NCBI GenBank assembly: GCA_964537315.1
Contig: CAZIAP010000001.1
Span: 23,975-87,974 of the forward strand
Reading direction: 5' to 3'
Origin: an uncultured Gammaproteobacteria bacterium
GTDB taxonomy: Bacteria > Patescibacteriota > Microgenomatia > Levybacterales > GWA1-39-11
Length of the DNA: 64,000 bases
The notes below the pieces were generated by a model. That model did no database searches. It was not told the origin of the DNA and saw only the letters and a list, made by a program, of their open reading frames with translations. A program made the position numbers and the translations under genes. The stretch's first letter is position 1. Every line of letters begins with the position of its first letter. This document shows, piece after piece, positions 22,930 through 31,378 of the stretch.

Positions 22930-23587
22930 AGATTACGTACTATTTGGTAAAAAATTTACTGCAGAACAAATGCTTGCAGTTTCACTTGTGCTACTCGGTT
23001 TTTTCGTAATTTTGTTTGTTATACTCCCTCAGATTGATAGCATAGGTCTACAAAGAGAACAGAATCAAGCTAAAAAAGCTGAGGTGAATGAGCTTCAAAA
23101 TTCGCTAAACGTAATGCAGTCAATAAGTTCTGAGCAGGTAGAAGCAGATCTGAAGCTTGCAAGCAGTGCGCTTCCTACAAATAAAGACATTATTTCCATA
23201 TTCTCCGCGATCTCTGAACTCGCAAGCTCATCGGATGTACAACTGAGAGGCTTTACAATAAAAGTGGGAGAACTGTATACAAAAGCTACTGGAGAAAGTA
23301 ATCAGGTGGATAATACAACTTCGGTTACTGGAGTTCCCAGCATGGATGTTACAATAACAGTAAGCACAGTTGATGATAAAAACTTAGTCGCGTTTACACA
23401 GCAACTTTACAAAAATTTTCCGATCGCGCGTATTAATACCCTGAATTCTCAAAAAAACGACGGGATGATAGAGCTGTCATTTTATTATCGACCATATGAC
23501 TTAAAACAAATTGAAGGAGTTAACCTTGTCTCGCCTTATAACACACAATATTCAGATCTCATACAGCAACTAAGTAGCTCAAAGTAG
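22922..23587 (+). CDS. pilO: PilO-like bitopic membrane protein
   Basis: Single TM and coiled-coil region; synteny. Confidence 0.45.
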   Translation: MNKDYVLFGKKFTAEQMLAVSLVLLGFFVILFVILPQIDSIGLQREQNQAKKAEVNELQNSLNVMQSISSEQVEADLKLASSALPTNKDIISIFSAISELASSSDVQLRGFTIKVGELYTKATGESNQVDNTTSVTGVPSMDVTITVSTVDDKNLVAFTQQLYKNFPIARINTLNSQKNDGMIELSFYYRPYDLKQIEGVNLVSPYNTQYSDLIQQLSSSK

Positions 23588-23588
23588 A

Positions 23589-24272
23589 TTATTTTTTGAG
23601 TAAATCTGGTCTTCTCTCTTCTGTCAATTTGTGTGCAGAATTTGCCCTATATTCGTCAATTTTAGCTGCATGACCAGATAAAAGGACTTCTGGTACCTTA
23701 AGTCCTTTATACTCTTCAGGACGTGTATATTGTGGATGCTCTAGCACTCCGCCTTTTTCATGTGAGAACGACTCGAACCGGTGTGCCTCAGTCTTACTTA
23801 ATACATTGGGAATAAGTCGTATGACAGATTCTGAAATTACCATTGCAGGTATTTCTCCACCTGAGAGCACGTAATCTCCTATTGAGATTTCATCATCAAC
23901 AAAGTTTCGGATACGCGCATCATACCCTTCATAATGTCCACAGATCAGAATTAGATGATCATATTTACTCAGTTTTTCTGCAGTTCTTTGTGTATATGGA
24001 GTTCCGGTTGGAGCAAGTAGAATTACACGCTCTTTTTTGTCTTTAAGACGCGCTGCTTCGATTGCTTCATCTAAGACGTCTACTTTAAGTAACATACCTA
24101 TTCCACCTCCGTATGGTGTATCATCCACTATTTTATGTTTACCTATACCAAACTCTTTTAAGTTAAAAAAACGGATTTTAACATGCCCTTCCTGTTGAGC
24201 ACGTTTAATAATAGAGTAATTGAAGACACCTTCAAACATTTGAGGGAAAAGGGTAATGATGGAGATAACCAT
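23589..24272 (-). CDS. trmD: tRNA (guanine37-N1)-methyltransferase
   Basis: 'ISIITLFPQMF...DDTPYGGGIGMLLK' SPOUT/TrmD motifs. Confidence 0.9.
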   Translation of the reverse strand: MVISIITLFPQMFEGVFNYSIIKRAQQEGHVKIRFFNLKEFGIGKHKIVDDTPYGGGIGMLLKVDVLDEAIEAARLKDKKERVILLAPTGTPYTQRTAEKLSKYDHLILICGHYEGYDARIRNFVDDEISIGDYVLSGGEIPAMVISESVIRLIPNVLSKTEAHRFESFSHEKGGVLEHPQYTRPEEYKGLKVPEVLLSGHAAKIDEYRANSAHKLTEERRPDLLKK

Positions 24273-24368
24273 ATATAATTGACCTAATTAGTTTAATTAA
24301 TCTAATTTCTAAATTTGAGGATTGGTATTTTTAGGTTAATTAGGAATTAGGATAATTAGAAATTAAAT

Positions 24369-24602
24369 TTATTCTTTCTCAATAACGTCTACTTCTATTT
24401 TCTTTCCTTCTTTAATCGCGCGGATTTTGAGAATATTTTTTATTGCAGAGATGTTCTTGCCGCTTTTACCGATAATTTTACCCATATATTCTTGAGGTAC
24501 GGTAACCCGTAGCCTTACAAACCCATCCTGCTCTTCTTCTTCTATTTCAGATTTAGCTTCAGGGATTGTTTGTTCTAGAATATATGCAAGGAGGTCTTTC
24601 AT
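24369..24602 (-). CDS. KH-domain RNA-binding protein (YlqC-like)
   Basis: 'GKIIGKSGKNISAIKNILK' GxxG KH loop; overlaps the rpsP stop (ATGA). Confidence 0.7.
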   Translation of the reverse strand: MKDLLAYILEQTIPEAKSEIEEEEQDGFVRLRVTVPQEYMGKIIGKSGKNISAIKNILKIRAIKEGKKIEVDVIEKE

Positions 24603-24823
24603 AGCAATGCTTTTACCGCAGGAGATAGCTGCGCGCCGCGTTCCTGCCAGTATTTTACTTTGTCTTTATCAATCTCTTTTGTTACACCTTTAACAGTTTT
24701 TTCGTACCATCCCAAGAAGTCGACTGCTTTACCGTCGCGTTTACTCCTCTTCTCTTTGACCACAATACGATACTTCCGCTCTCCACGGCGACCAATTTTT
24801 GCAAAACGAATTACTAATGCCAT
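24599..24823 (-). CDS. rpsP: 30S ribosomal protein S16
   Basis: 'MALVIRFAKIGRRGERKYRIVV'; start moved to MALVIR. Confidence 0.85.
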   Translation of the reverse strand: MALVIRFAKIGRRGERKYRIVVKEKRSKRDGKAVDFLGWYEKTVKGVTKEIDKDKVKYWQERGAQLSPAVKALL

Positions 24824-24872
24824 ACCCGTGTAGTTTATCATGAGCGTGATTTGAAGTCAATCAGGTGTAATC

Positions 24873-25328
24873 TTATATGCGTTGGAGTTCAATAACTGCA
24901 CCTTGACTGGTTTTCGTATTAACTAACAAATAAAAGGTATATTCAGTAAGTGTAGCTGTTGCTCTAGATTTTGGTTGAACTGTCACTTCTTGATAATCTT
25001 TTGAGCCTCTTTTTCCAAATCTTAAGCTTGCGGGACTATTTGTTTCATTTATGATTAATAATTTTCCGCTGGGTGTCTCATCTGAGGAAAAAACTATTAG
25101 CTCAAGTGGTTCTAATCCTGCATCATTTAGCAATATATATCCTACGTACGAGTCTGCGTCTTCTGAAGTATCATTTGTATTTTGAGTAATGGAATCTCCT
25201 TCTATGGCTGCTTGATCTGAACCTTTTGTTAAGTAATAGGTACCTACTATGATTAGTACACATATTAGTAAAACTGAAATAATGATGTAAATTTTTTTCA
25301 TAAGCTTAAGTTTACGGAGCAACTTCAT
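24873..25328 (-). CDS. Small N-terminally anchored extracellular protein (partner of the upstream giant protein)
   Basis: N-terminal TM 'IYIIISVLLICVLIIVGTYYL' plus a ~120-aa beta-rich domain; overlaps the upstream giant gene by 17 nt. Confidence 0.4.
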   Translation of the reverse strand: MKLLRKLKLMKKIYIIISVLLICVLIIVGTYYLTKGSDQAAIEGDSITQNTNDTSEDADSYVGYILLNDAGLEPLELIVFSSDETPSGKLLIINETNSPASLRFGKRGSKDYQEVTVQPKSRATATLTEYTFYLLVNTKTSQGAVIELQRI

Positions 25329-27762
25329 TCCACATGCTGTTTGATACTTTGTAAAAGTCTGTAAGTGCAGTAATAAAGCTTAGTCTAGATTTTACGAATA
25401 GCGATGGATTTGTAGCATCTGCCGTACATAATGTTCTGTCATTGATTAGTCTGCCACCAGCGCTCTCTACTCCGAATGGATTATCAGCATTTGCAACCAG
25501 TGTTCCTTCAATATTTAATCTCCTGTCAGCTGTAGCGGGGCAGTTTGCGATACTCGGTATTAGTATATCGTTTTCTGCCGTTATAATTGCTTGAAGGTTT
25601 GGGTTTGTGCTTGATGGATTAACCTCACCTACATTAGTTCCAATGGTGACATCGCCTTTGGCTGCGAAAATCAGTAGGGACTTGCCAGTTGCTACCCTTA
25701 CATCGCTGTTTATCGTGATATTTCCTTTAGCCAAGATGATAATTTTATGATCATTATTTATCGAGCGGTTCGCAGGGCCAGATGGGTTAAATGTTAGATC
25801 ACCATCTACATAATAGAAAGTTTGGTTATTCAAGCTACTGAGGCTTGCAATAAAAGTACAGTTACCACTGGGTGAACAGCCAGGCAATGGAGTTAAGTTT
25901 ACAGCCGCGCTCTGTTCTTGACGTTTTTTATAGAAACTGTATGATGCGTTTCCTTCTCGGTTTGAAGCACCTACTTGATCGTATTCATTGTCTACCCTCC
26001 AAATGTCTGAAGCGGATCCAAATAGCGAACTTCCTGTGGTGCTATAAAATACTGAGGCTGTACCACTATTAATGGAAGTTGTAGGACGCTCTCCTGCGGG
26101 TACTCGGTTTTGTATAGTTTGCTGTCTTACACTGCCTATTTCAGTCTGGAACCAGGGTTGTGTAGTCTTAAGGATGATGGTGATGTCATCAGGAGGATTT
26201 GATATATCAAATGGTCCATAAGTTGGGTTTGATAAGTCTACCTGTGTTTGTACTCCATTTTGCGTAATTATCGCACACTGAACTACCCTGCTTCCTATGT
26301 TTGATAAGGTAAGATGATACTCATTGCCTGCAGGACCTGTGACTGAGATCGAGTATCTGCCATTTGCGCCTGTAGGGTTTGATGGCCAGTTATCTGTGTT
26401 TCTAAACACTGATGCGACTGCACCCGGAACCCCGACTAAACCTGTTAAGTTACACTCGCCTGTGGGACTATCTCCTATAGTCCCTGTTACCGTATTAGTA
26501 ATATCCGTGTTACCTGGCGCATTTAGGATAAGCGGATGGTTGTATGTTCTATTTCCAGTAACGGATATTTCCGGTGAATAGGTATCAGAAGTGTAGGTTG
26601 TTGGAATTTCTGCATATCTGATTCTATATCTTCCGGTTGTTAAATTACTGAATATTCGTCTACCATTATTAATTCCTGAAGTTGCTGTATACCCGTTAGT
26701 GACCGCAGTCCAGTTGCTTCCAGATCTCCTTTCCAGGTAGACTCGGGTACGGGGACCCGGATCTTCTGCTGAATCAAACTGTCCATTACCATTGAAATCA
26801 ACAATAAGTATTCCCAGAATACTAATGTCATCTTGAGTTTGCCATTCTCCGTCTCCATCACGGTCTACAAATACCCCAGCGTTTAATGTATGAGTTGAAG
26901 GTGCTGTTGTCGGTGTGTTTACTCTTCGAGTAGGTGTAGGTGTATTAGGGACTCTACAGCGCATTAAACCTCCTCCAGGAGGAGGAAGACATCTGCTACA
27001 ACCGTCAGCAGCATTCGCGCATTGTGAATCGAACGAGCAGGTAGCATTGCATCTATTTACTGAACCGGGTGCACTTGTAGGAGTGCGTGTTGGAAGAGTA
27101 CCGCCTCCACCACCGCCACCACCACAGTCCGTAGGACAAGAAGTTGGAGTTTCTCCTGCTCCTGTTTCACATGCTCCATTTCCACAAACTGCTCCTCCAC
27201 CAGAACCTGTTCTACATGTACCATTTTGACAAGTCATGGTCCCACAGCATTGTGTATTGCTTGTACAACTACCACCCGATGATCTGCAGCACTGATTACT
27301 AACGCAGCTTAGTTGCTGTCCACTACAGCACGGCGCTGCTCCTGCACCACTCGGAGTGTTACACGATTGTCCAACATTTCTACAGGATTCTCCCCCTCCT
27401 CCGCTACCAGATCCTTCACATCTATTAGTACTGAGATTACAGGTTAGATTACTACAGCAGTTTCCGATACCTGCACCACAAGACTGCCCAGTTGACCTGC
27501 AAGAAGTATCAGGCGTCGGGGTAGCGTTACTTCTCGGGACGCAGCATATATTATTAGCCTGAAGATTTGGACAGAGCTCATTATTTCCACCTTGTTGTGT
27601 TTGATAACCTGCAGGACAAGGTGATGACGTCGTACAGTATCCTCCTCTTTGTGAACAAGTCTGCGCTGATACACTTTTAAAAATTCCGCTATCGGTGCCG
27701 ATAATCAAAAACAGCAGAAAAATGATTATCTGCCCCGTCAAAAAGTATATAAATTTTTTCAT
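25312..27762 (-). CDS. Giant secreted Cys-rich surface (adhesin-like) protein, paralog 1
   Basis: Signal peptide; ~230 aa with tandem knottin-like spacings (e.g. 'SCRSTGQSCGAGIGNCCSNLTCNLSTNRC'), 'GGGGGGGG' run, PT-rich linkers, SdrD/Cna-B-like 'GVFVDRDGDGEWQ' module, ~400-aa C-terminal domain shared with 28754..31255. Confidence 0.6.
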   Translation of the reverse strand: MKKFIYFLTGQIIIFLLFLIIGTDSGIFKSVSAQTCSQRGGYCTTSSPCPAGYQTQQGGNNELCPNLQANNICCVPRSNATPTPDTSCRSTGQSCGAGIGNCCSNLTCNLSTNRCEGSGSGGGGESCRNVGQSCNTPSGAGAAPCCSGQQLSCVSNQCCRSSGGSCTSNTQCCGTMTCQNGTCRTGSGGGAVCGNGACETGAGETPTSCPTDCGGGGGGGGTLPTRTPTSAPGSVNRCNATCSFDSQCANAADGCSRCLPPPGGGLMRCRVPNTPTPTRRVNTPTTAPSTHTLNAGVFVDRDGDGEWQTQDDISILGILIVDFNGNGQFDSAEDPGPRTRVYLERRSGSNWTAVTNGYTATSGINNGRRIFSNLTTGRYRIRYAEIPTTYTSDTYSPEISVTGNRTYNHPLILNAPGNTDITNTVTGTIGDSPTGECNLTGLVGVPGAVASVFRNTDNWPSNPTGANGRYSISVTGPAGNEYHLTLSNIGSRVVQCAIITQNGVQTQVDLSNPTYGPFDISNPPDDITIILKTTQPWFQTEIGSVRQQTIQNRVPAGERPTTSINSGTASVFYSTTGSSLFGSASDIWRVDNEYDQVGASNREGNASYSFYKKRQEQSAAVNLTPLPGCSPSGNCTFIASLSSLNNQTFYYVDGDLTFNPSGPANRSINNDHKIIILAKGNITINSDVRVATGKSLLIFAAKGDVTIGTNVGEVNPSSTNPNLQAIITAENDILIPSIANCPATADRRLNIEGTLVANADNPFGVESAGGRLINDRTLCTADATNPSLFVKSRLSFITALTDFYKVSNSMWNEVAP

Positions 27763-27766
27763 ATCT

Positions 27767-28216
27767 TTAAAAAACTACCAGCGTCATCATTTGATCTGAT
27801 CCTTCAACTTGTAGGACATAATTGCCTGCATAAGGAAGATAAATTTCTTCAAACTTATTGTACTCTAGTGTAAATTGATGAGGCAGCCCTGCACCCTCGG
27901 GTTGCTGAGTAGTTTTAAACGTTATCGGGTCTGAGTCAATATTCAGCACAGTAACGTGAACAACCTCGTCGCCTGCTCTTTTAAAAACTATCTCATTTCG
28001 CTCTAGTCTCCCGTTTTCATACAGTACCAGCCCATGAGTGTTCAAGTCTGCGTGTGCTTCTTGCAATATTTGAGTTACTCTTTGAGGTCCACTATTAAGG
28101 TCAGGAGGTAGTTGGGATGATGTAGAGTTATTTCGAATATAAACAATGCCAATAACTAATACTAAACATAATGCAATAAGTGAGGCGGTGATTAGTATGA
28201 TATTTTTCTGCTTCAT
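27767..28216 (-). CDS. Small N-terminally anchored extracellular protein
   Basis: N-terminal TM 'IILITASLIALCLVLVIGIVYI' plus ~120-aa domain; stop 4 nt before paralog-1 start. Confidence 0.4.
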   Translation of the reverse strand: MKQKNIILITASLIALCLVLVIGIVYIRNNSTSSQLPPDLNSGPQRVTQILQEAHADLNTHGLVLYENGRLERNEIVFKRAGDEVVHVTVLNIDSDPITFKTTQQPEGAGLPHQFTLEYNKFEEIYLPYAGNYVLQVEGSDQMMTLVVF

Positions 28217-28312
28217 GAAGTAATTTGACTGCTAATTATATATTACACAAAAATTTCCAGATTTGTAAACCCTGCTTTAATTTTAAATGTTGTAGTTTGA
28301 TTTATCCGGAGC

Positions 28313-28753
28313 TTATTGGTTACGTACGTGTATTGTGACAGCTTGATTTGTTTGTGTGTTTCTCAACTCATAAGTATTGTATTCATGGAGTGTCATTATA
28401 ATGTGTCCATGTTTGGGAATAGACATCGGCGGATAGAGCTCAGTCTTATCATGAGATTTGTTAACAGAAACTGAAACCGCTTCGTCCGATGAGTTTGCTA
28501 TTACTAAAGTTGCAAATGGGATTTCATCGTTTGATGATATATTAACTTCTTTAGATTCAAATCCCTCGTTTGAAATCAATATACTTCCAGTAGATTTTGG
28601 TACGACAGATTTCTCTGTTTGTTGCGTAACATTTTTGTTTACTTGTTGAGTAATTTGTGTAAATGGCAGTTTGGTAATTACAAATCCACTAATAACTAGC
28701 ACTGCGGACAGGATTAATAAACCTAGAATTAATATTTTTTTATTCTTATACAT
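28313..28753 (-). CDS. Small N-terminally anchored extracellular protein
   Basis: N-terminal TM 'ILILGLLILSAVLVISGFVI'; start abuts the paralog-2 stop. Confidence 0.4.
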   Translation of the reverse strand: MYKNKKILILGLLILSAVLVISGFVITKLPFTQITQQVNKNVTQQTEKSVVPKSTGSILISNEGFESKEVNISSNDEIPFATLVIANSSDEAVSVSVNKSHDKTELYPPMSIPKHGHIIMTLHEYNTYELRNTQTNQAVTIHVRNQ

Positions 28754-31255
28754 TTATGGTTCAACCTCATTCCAAATGCTTGTTGATACTTTATAAAAGT
28801 CAGTGAGTGAAGTAATAAAGCTTAGTCTAGATTTTACATATAGTGATGGATTGTCTGAGTCTGCTGAGCACAAAGTCCTATTATTTATCAATTTACCACC
28901 TGAACTTTCTACGCCGAATGGATTGTCTGAGTTGGCGACCAGGGTTCCTTCAATATTTAGCCTGCGGTCAGGATTTGCCGGACAGTCTGCGGTTCCTTGA
29001 ATCGTAATATTATCTTCGGCGGTTATAATGGCCTGAATATTAGGTGCGGAACTTTCCGGGTTAAGTTGTCCTACGTCGTTACCAATAATCACGTTATTTT
29101 TTGCAGCAAGTATCAGTAGTGATTTTCCATCACGTACGCGCGCATCACGGTTGATAGTAAGAGTTCCGTTTACAAGGATTACTACTCTTGCGTTAGAATC
29201 AAGCAATGGATCGCTAGGATTAAAGATTAGATCTCCATCTACATGATACAGTACTTGGTGATCAAGTTCGCTTAAAGGACGACTAAAAGTGCATCTTCCT
29301 GATGTAGGACAATGTGGAAGGTTGACCAACTGAGGACCTGTCTGCTGGGAACGTTTAATATAAAAGCTGTATGAAGCATTTCCTTCTCGATTATTGGAAC
29401 CTGTCTGATCATACTCATTATCAACTTTCCAGAGATTTGATGCAGTTCCGAGCATTGATCTGCCCTGCGTACTATAAAACACAGAGGCAGTTCTCCCTGA
29501 CGTTGAGGTAGGGCTTTTGCCTTCTGGTACTTTATTATTAATTCTTTGCTGCTTAACGCTGCCTATATCTGTCATAAACCAAGGCTGTCCAATACTTAGA
29601 ACGAAAGTAACCTCTGTATCATCAGGGAAATTTATAGAGTGTGAAGGACTGGTAGTGTCGATCTGTGTGCCATTTCCAAGAATAATACACTGAACTTGTA
29701 AATTACCGAAATTAGAGATATTTATAAAGTGAGAGTTGTTTGGATCGTCTGTTACTGTGATTGAGTAATTCCCGTTTGTGTCAGTAGCATCTGTCCAGGT
29801 TTGAACTGGTGATTCAGTATTGTTAATTGACACTAATACATTAGCCAGAGGTGTTGCCCCTGTTAGGCTACATATTCCATACTGGTTGCTTACAACATTT
29901 CCTCCAACATTTGAGGATATGTCATTTTCTGAGTTTGTGTCGACGGTAAGAGGTAAATAACGAGAGTAATTATTTGAAATTTGTACTGGAGGATAAGCAT
30001 ATGAAGTCGGACTGTAGGTTGACGGTATTTCTGAAAACTCAAGGCTGTATGTGCCTGTGGCAATTCCGTTAAAATTTATTTTACCGTTTGCCGCAGTGTA
30101 CCCATTTCCGACTTGAGTCCCGTTATTACGTCTGAGAATTACACGGGTACGAGGACCGGATTCTTCAGCCAGATCGTACTGTCCATTACCATTATAGTCG
30201 ACCAGTAATACCCCTCCAAGTATTAAGTCATTTTGTTCCTGCCAGATACCATTCATATCACGATCTACAAATACTCCCGCTGTTACTGTATGAGATCCGG
30301 TAGGAGGCGTTATTGGGGTTGGGGTAGATGTTGGATTCGACTGTCTATTAAGTGGAAAATATATCTGCGTAATGTAAGATCCGTTGTTTTGTATTTGTGG
30401 TATGTTAACCGTTTTAGGATTACTGGAAAGGTCTACATAGCCGGGAGGACTTAAACGCGATATGTTATATGATCCGTGAGTAGGTACATCTTGTCTAAAG
30501 AATCCTGCAGAGTTAGTCACTATTGTTACTCCATAAGAGTTTGGTCCAGTGATCCTAATCTGAGCTCCCTGTATACGCTCGTCTGGAGCGCTCAGCGTGG
30601 TATCACCATCTTCATCTACAAACACATACCCGGTTATAGTGTAGGTTTGTATTGGTGGTTGTGCTGAAGTTGGTGTTGGTGAATTTGTTGGTACTACTGG
30701 TGGAGTTGTTGGTGTAGGTGTATTTGGTCTGGCTGTGGGTGTTCTGGTTGGAGTTCGGGTAGGTGTAGGGGTTGCTGGACGACGTATTCCAAAATCTCTA
30801 GTATCAACATCTATGAAACCAGTTCCCCCTGTAGTTTCTACTGAATAAGAAGTAGCCGTAGTTGCTACATAGCCAGATGGCACAGAGATTGAAACGTTCC
30901 TTGTTCCACCTGTAAGTCCTTCAAAGCTATAATATCCTTTGCTATCAGTAGTTTTGGTACCTTTTCCTGTTAAAGATATTGTGACACTTGAAACCCCTTG
31001 CTCACCGGAATCCCAAGTTCCATTACTATTTGAATCAATAAATACCGTTCCTCTTATCACACTACTAGTTGAATTGGCGCATTTGTTATTCGAACAATTA
31101 GCATGGCAGCATTCTTGATCAGAGCTACAGGTTTGATTTAGCCATTTACATACTTGAGCATTAACGTTCGATGTTAGGTTAAAAAATGACAAACCCGCTA
31201 CTATAATAGTGAATAAAACTATTTGACGAGCTACAAATTGTAGAGCTTTTCTCAT
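28754..31255 (-). CDS. Giant secreted surface (adhesin-like) protein, paralog 2
   Basis: Signal peptide; one knottin-spaced module 'CKWLNQTCSSDQECCHANCSNNKC' (C-x6-C-x5-CC-x3-C-x4-C); three SdrD-B/Cna-B-like modules ('GTVFIDSNSNGTWDSGEQ', 'GYVFVDEDGDTT', 'GVFVDRDMNGIWQ'); PT linkers; C-terminal ~400 aa near-identical to paralog 1. Confidence 0.6.
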   Translation of the reverse strand: MRKALQFVARQIVLFTIIVAGLSFFNLTSNVNAQVCKWLNQTCSSDQECCHANCSNNKCANSTSSVIRGTVFIDSNSNGTWDSGEQGVSSVTISLTGKGTKTTDSKGYYSFEGLTGGTRNVSISVPSGYVATTATSYSVETTGGTGFIDVDTRDFGIRRPATPTPTRTPTRTPTARPNTPTPTTPPVVPTNSPTPTSAQPPIQTYTITGYVFVDEDGDTTLSAPDERIQGAQIRITGPNSYGVTIVTNSAGFFRQDVPTHGSYNISRLSPPGYVDLSSNPKTVNIPQIQNNGSYITQIYFPLNRQSNPTSTPTPITPPTGSHTVTAGVFVDRDMNGIWQEQNDLILGGVLLVDYNGNGQYDLAEESGPRTRVILRRNNGTQVGNGYTAANGKINFNGIATGTYSLEFSEIPSTYSPTSYAYPPVQISNNYSRYLPLTVDTNSENDISSNVGGNVVSNQYGICSLTGATPLANVLVSINNTESPVQTWTDATDTNGNYSITVTDDPNNSHFINISNFGNLQVQCIILGNGTQIDTTSPSHSINFPDDTEVTFVLSIGQPWFMTDIGSVKQQRINNKVPEGKSPTSTSGRTASVFYSTQGRSMLGTASNLWKVDNEYDQTGSNNREGNASYSFYIKRSQQTGPQLVNLPHCPTSGRCTFSRPLSELDHQVLYHVDGDLIFNPSDPLLDSNARVVILVNGTLTINRDARVRDGKSLLILAAKNNVIIGNDVGQLNPESSAPNIQAIITAEDNITIQGTADCPANPDRRLNIEGTLVANSDNPFGVESSGGKLINNRTLCSADSDNPSLYVKSRLSFITSLTDFYKVSTSIWNEVEP

Positions 31256-31378
31256 TCTTTACTGATGAAATATATTCTAATTTAATATTAGACATATTTT
31301 TTTTAATTTGTAAACCTACTAAATTTATTTGAACTATTAAAATGCTGACGATTAGAATGAGGTCTGTATGTTAGTAAA

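Noticed and set aside
25312-31255. Diversity-generating retroelement (DGR) hypothesis for the two giant proteins' near-identical C-termini
   Set aside because: No reverse transcriptase ORF in the window; the mismatches between the two copies are not adenine-specific, and the similarity spans whole domains, so it reads as paralogy or gene conversion
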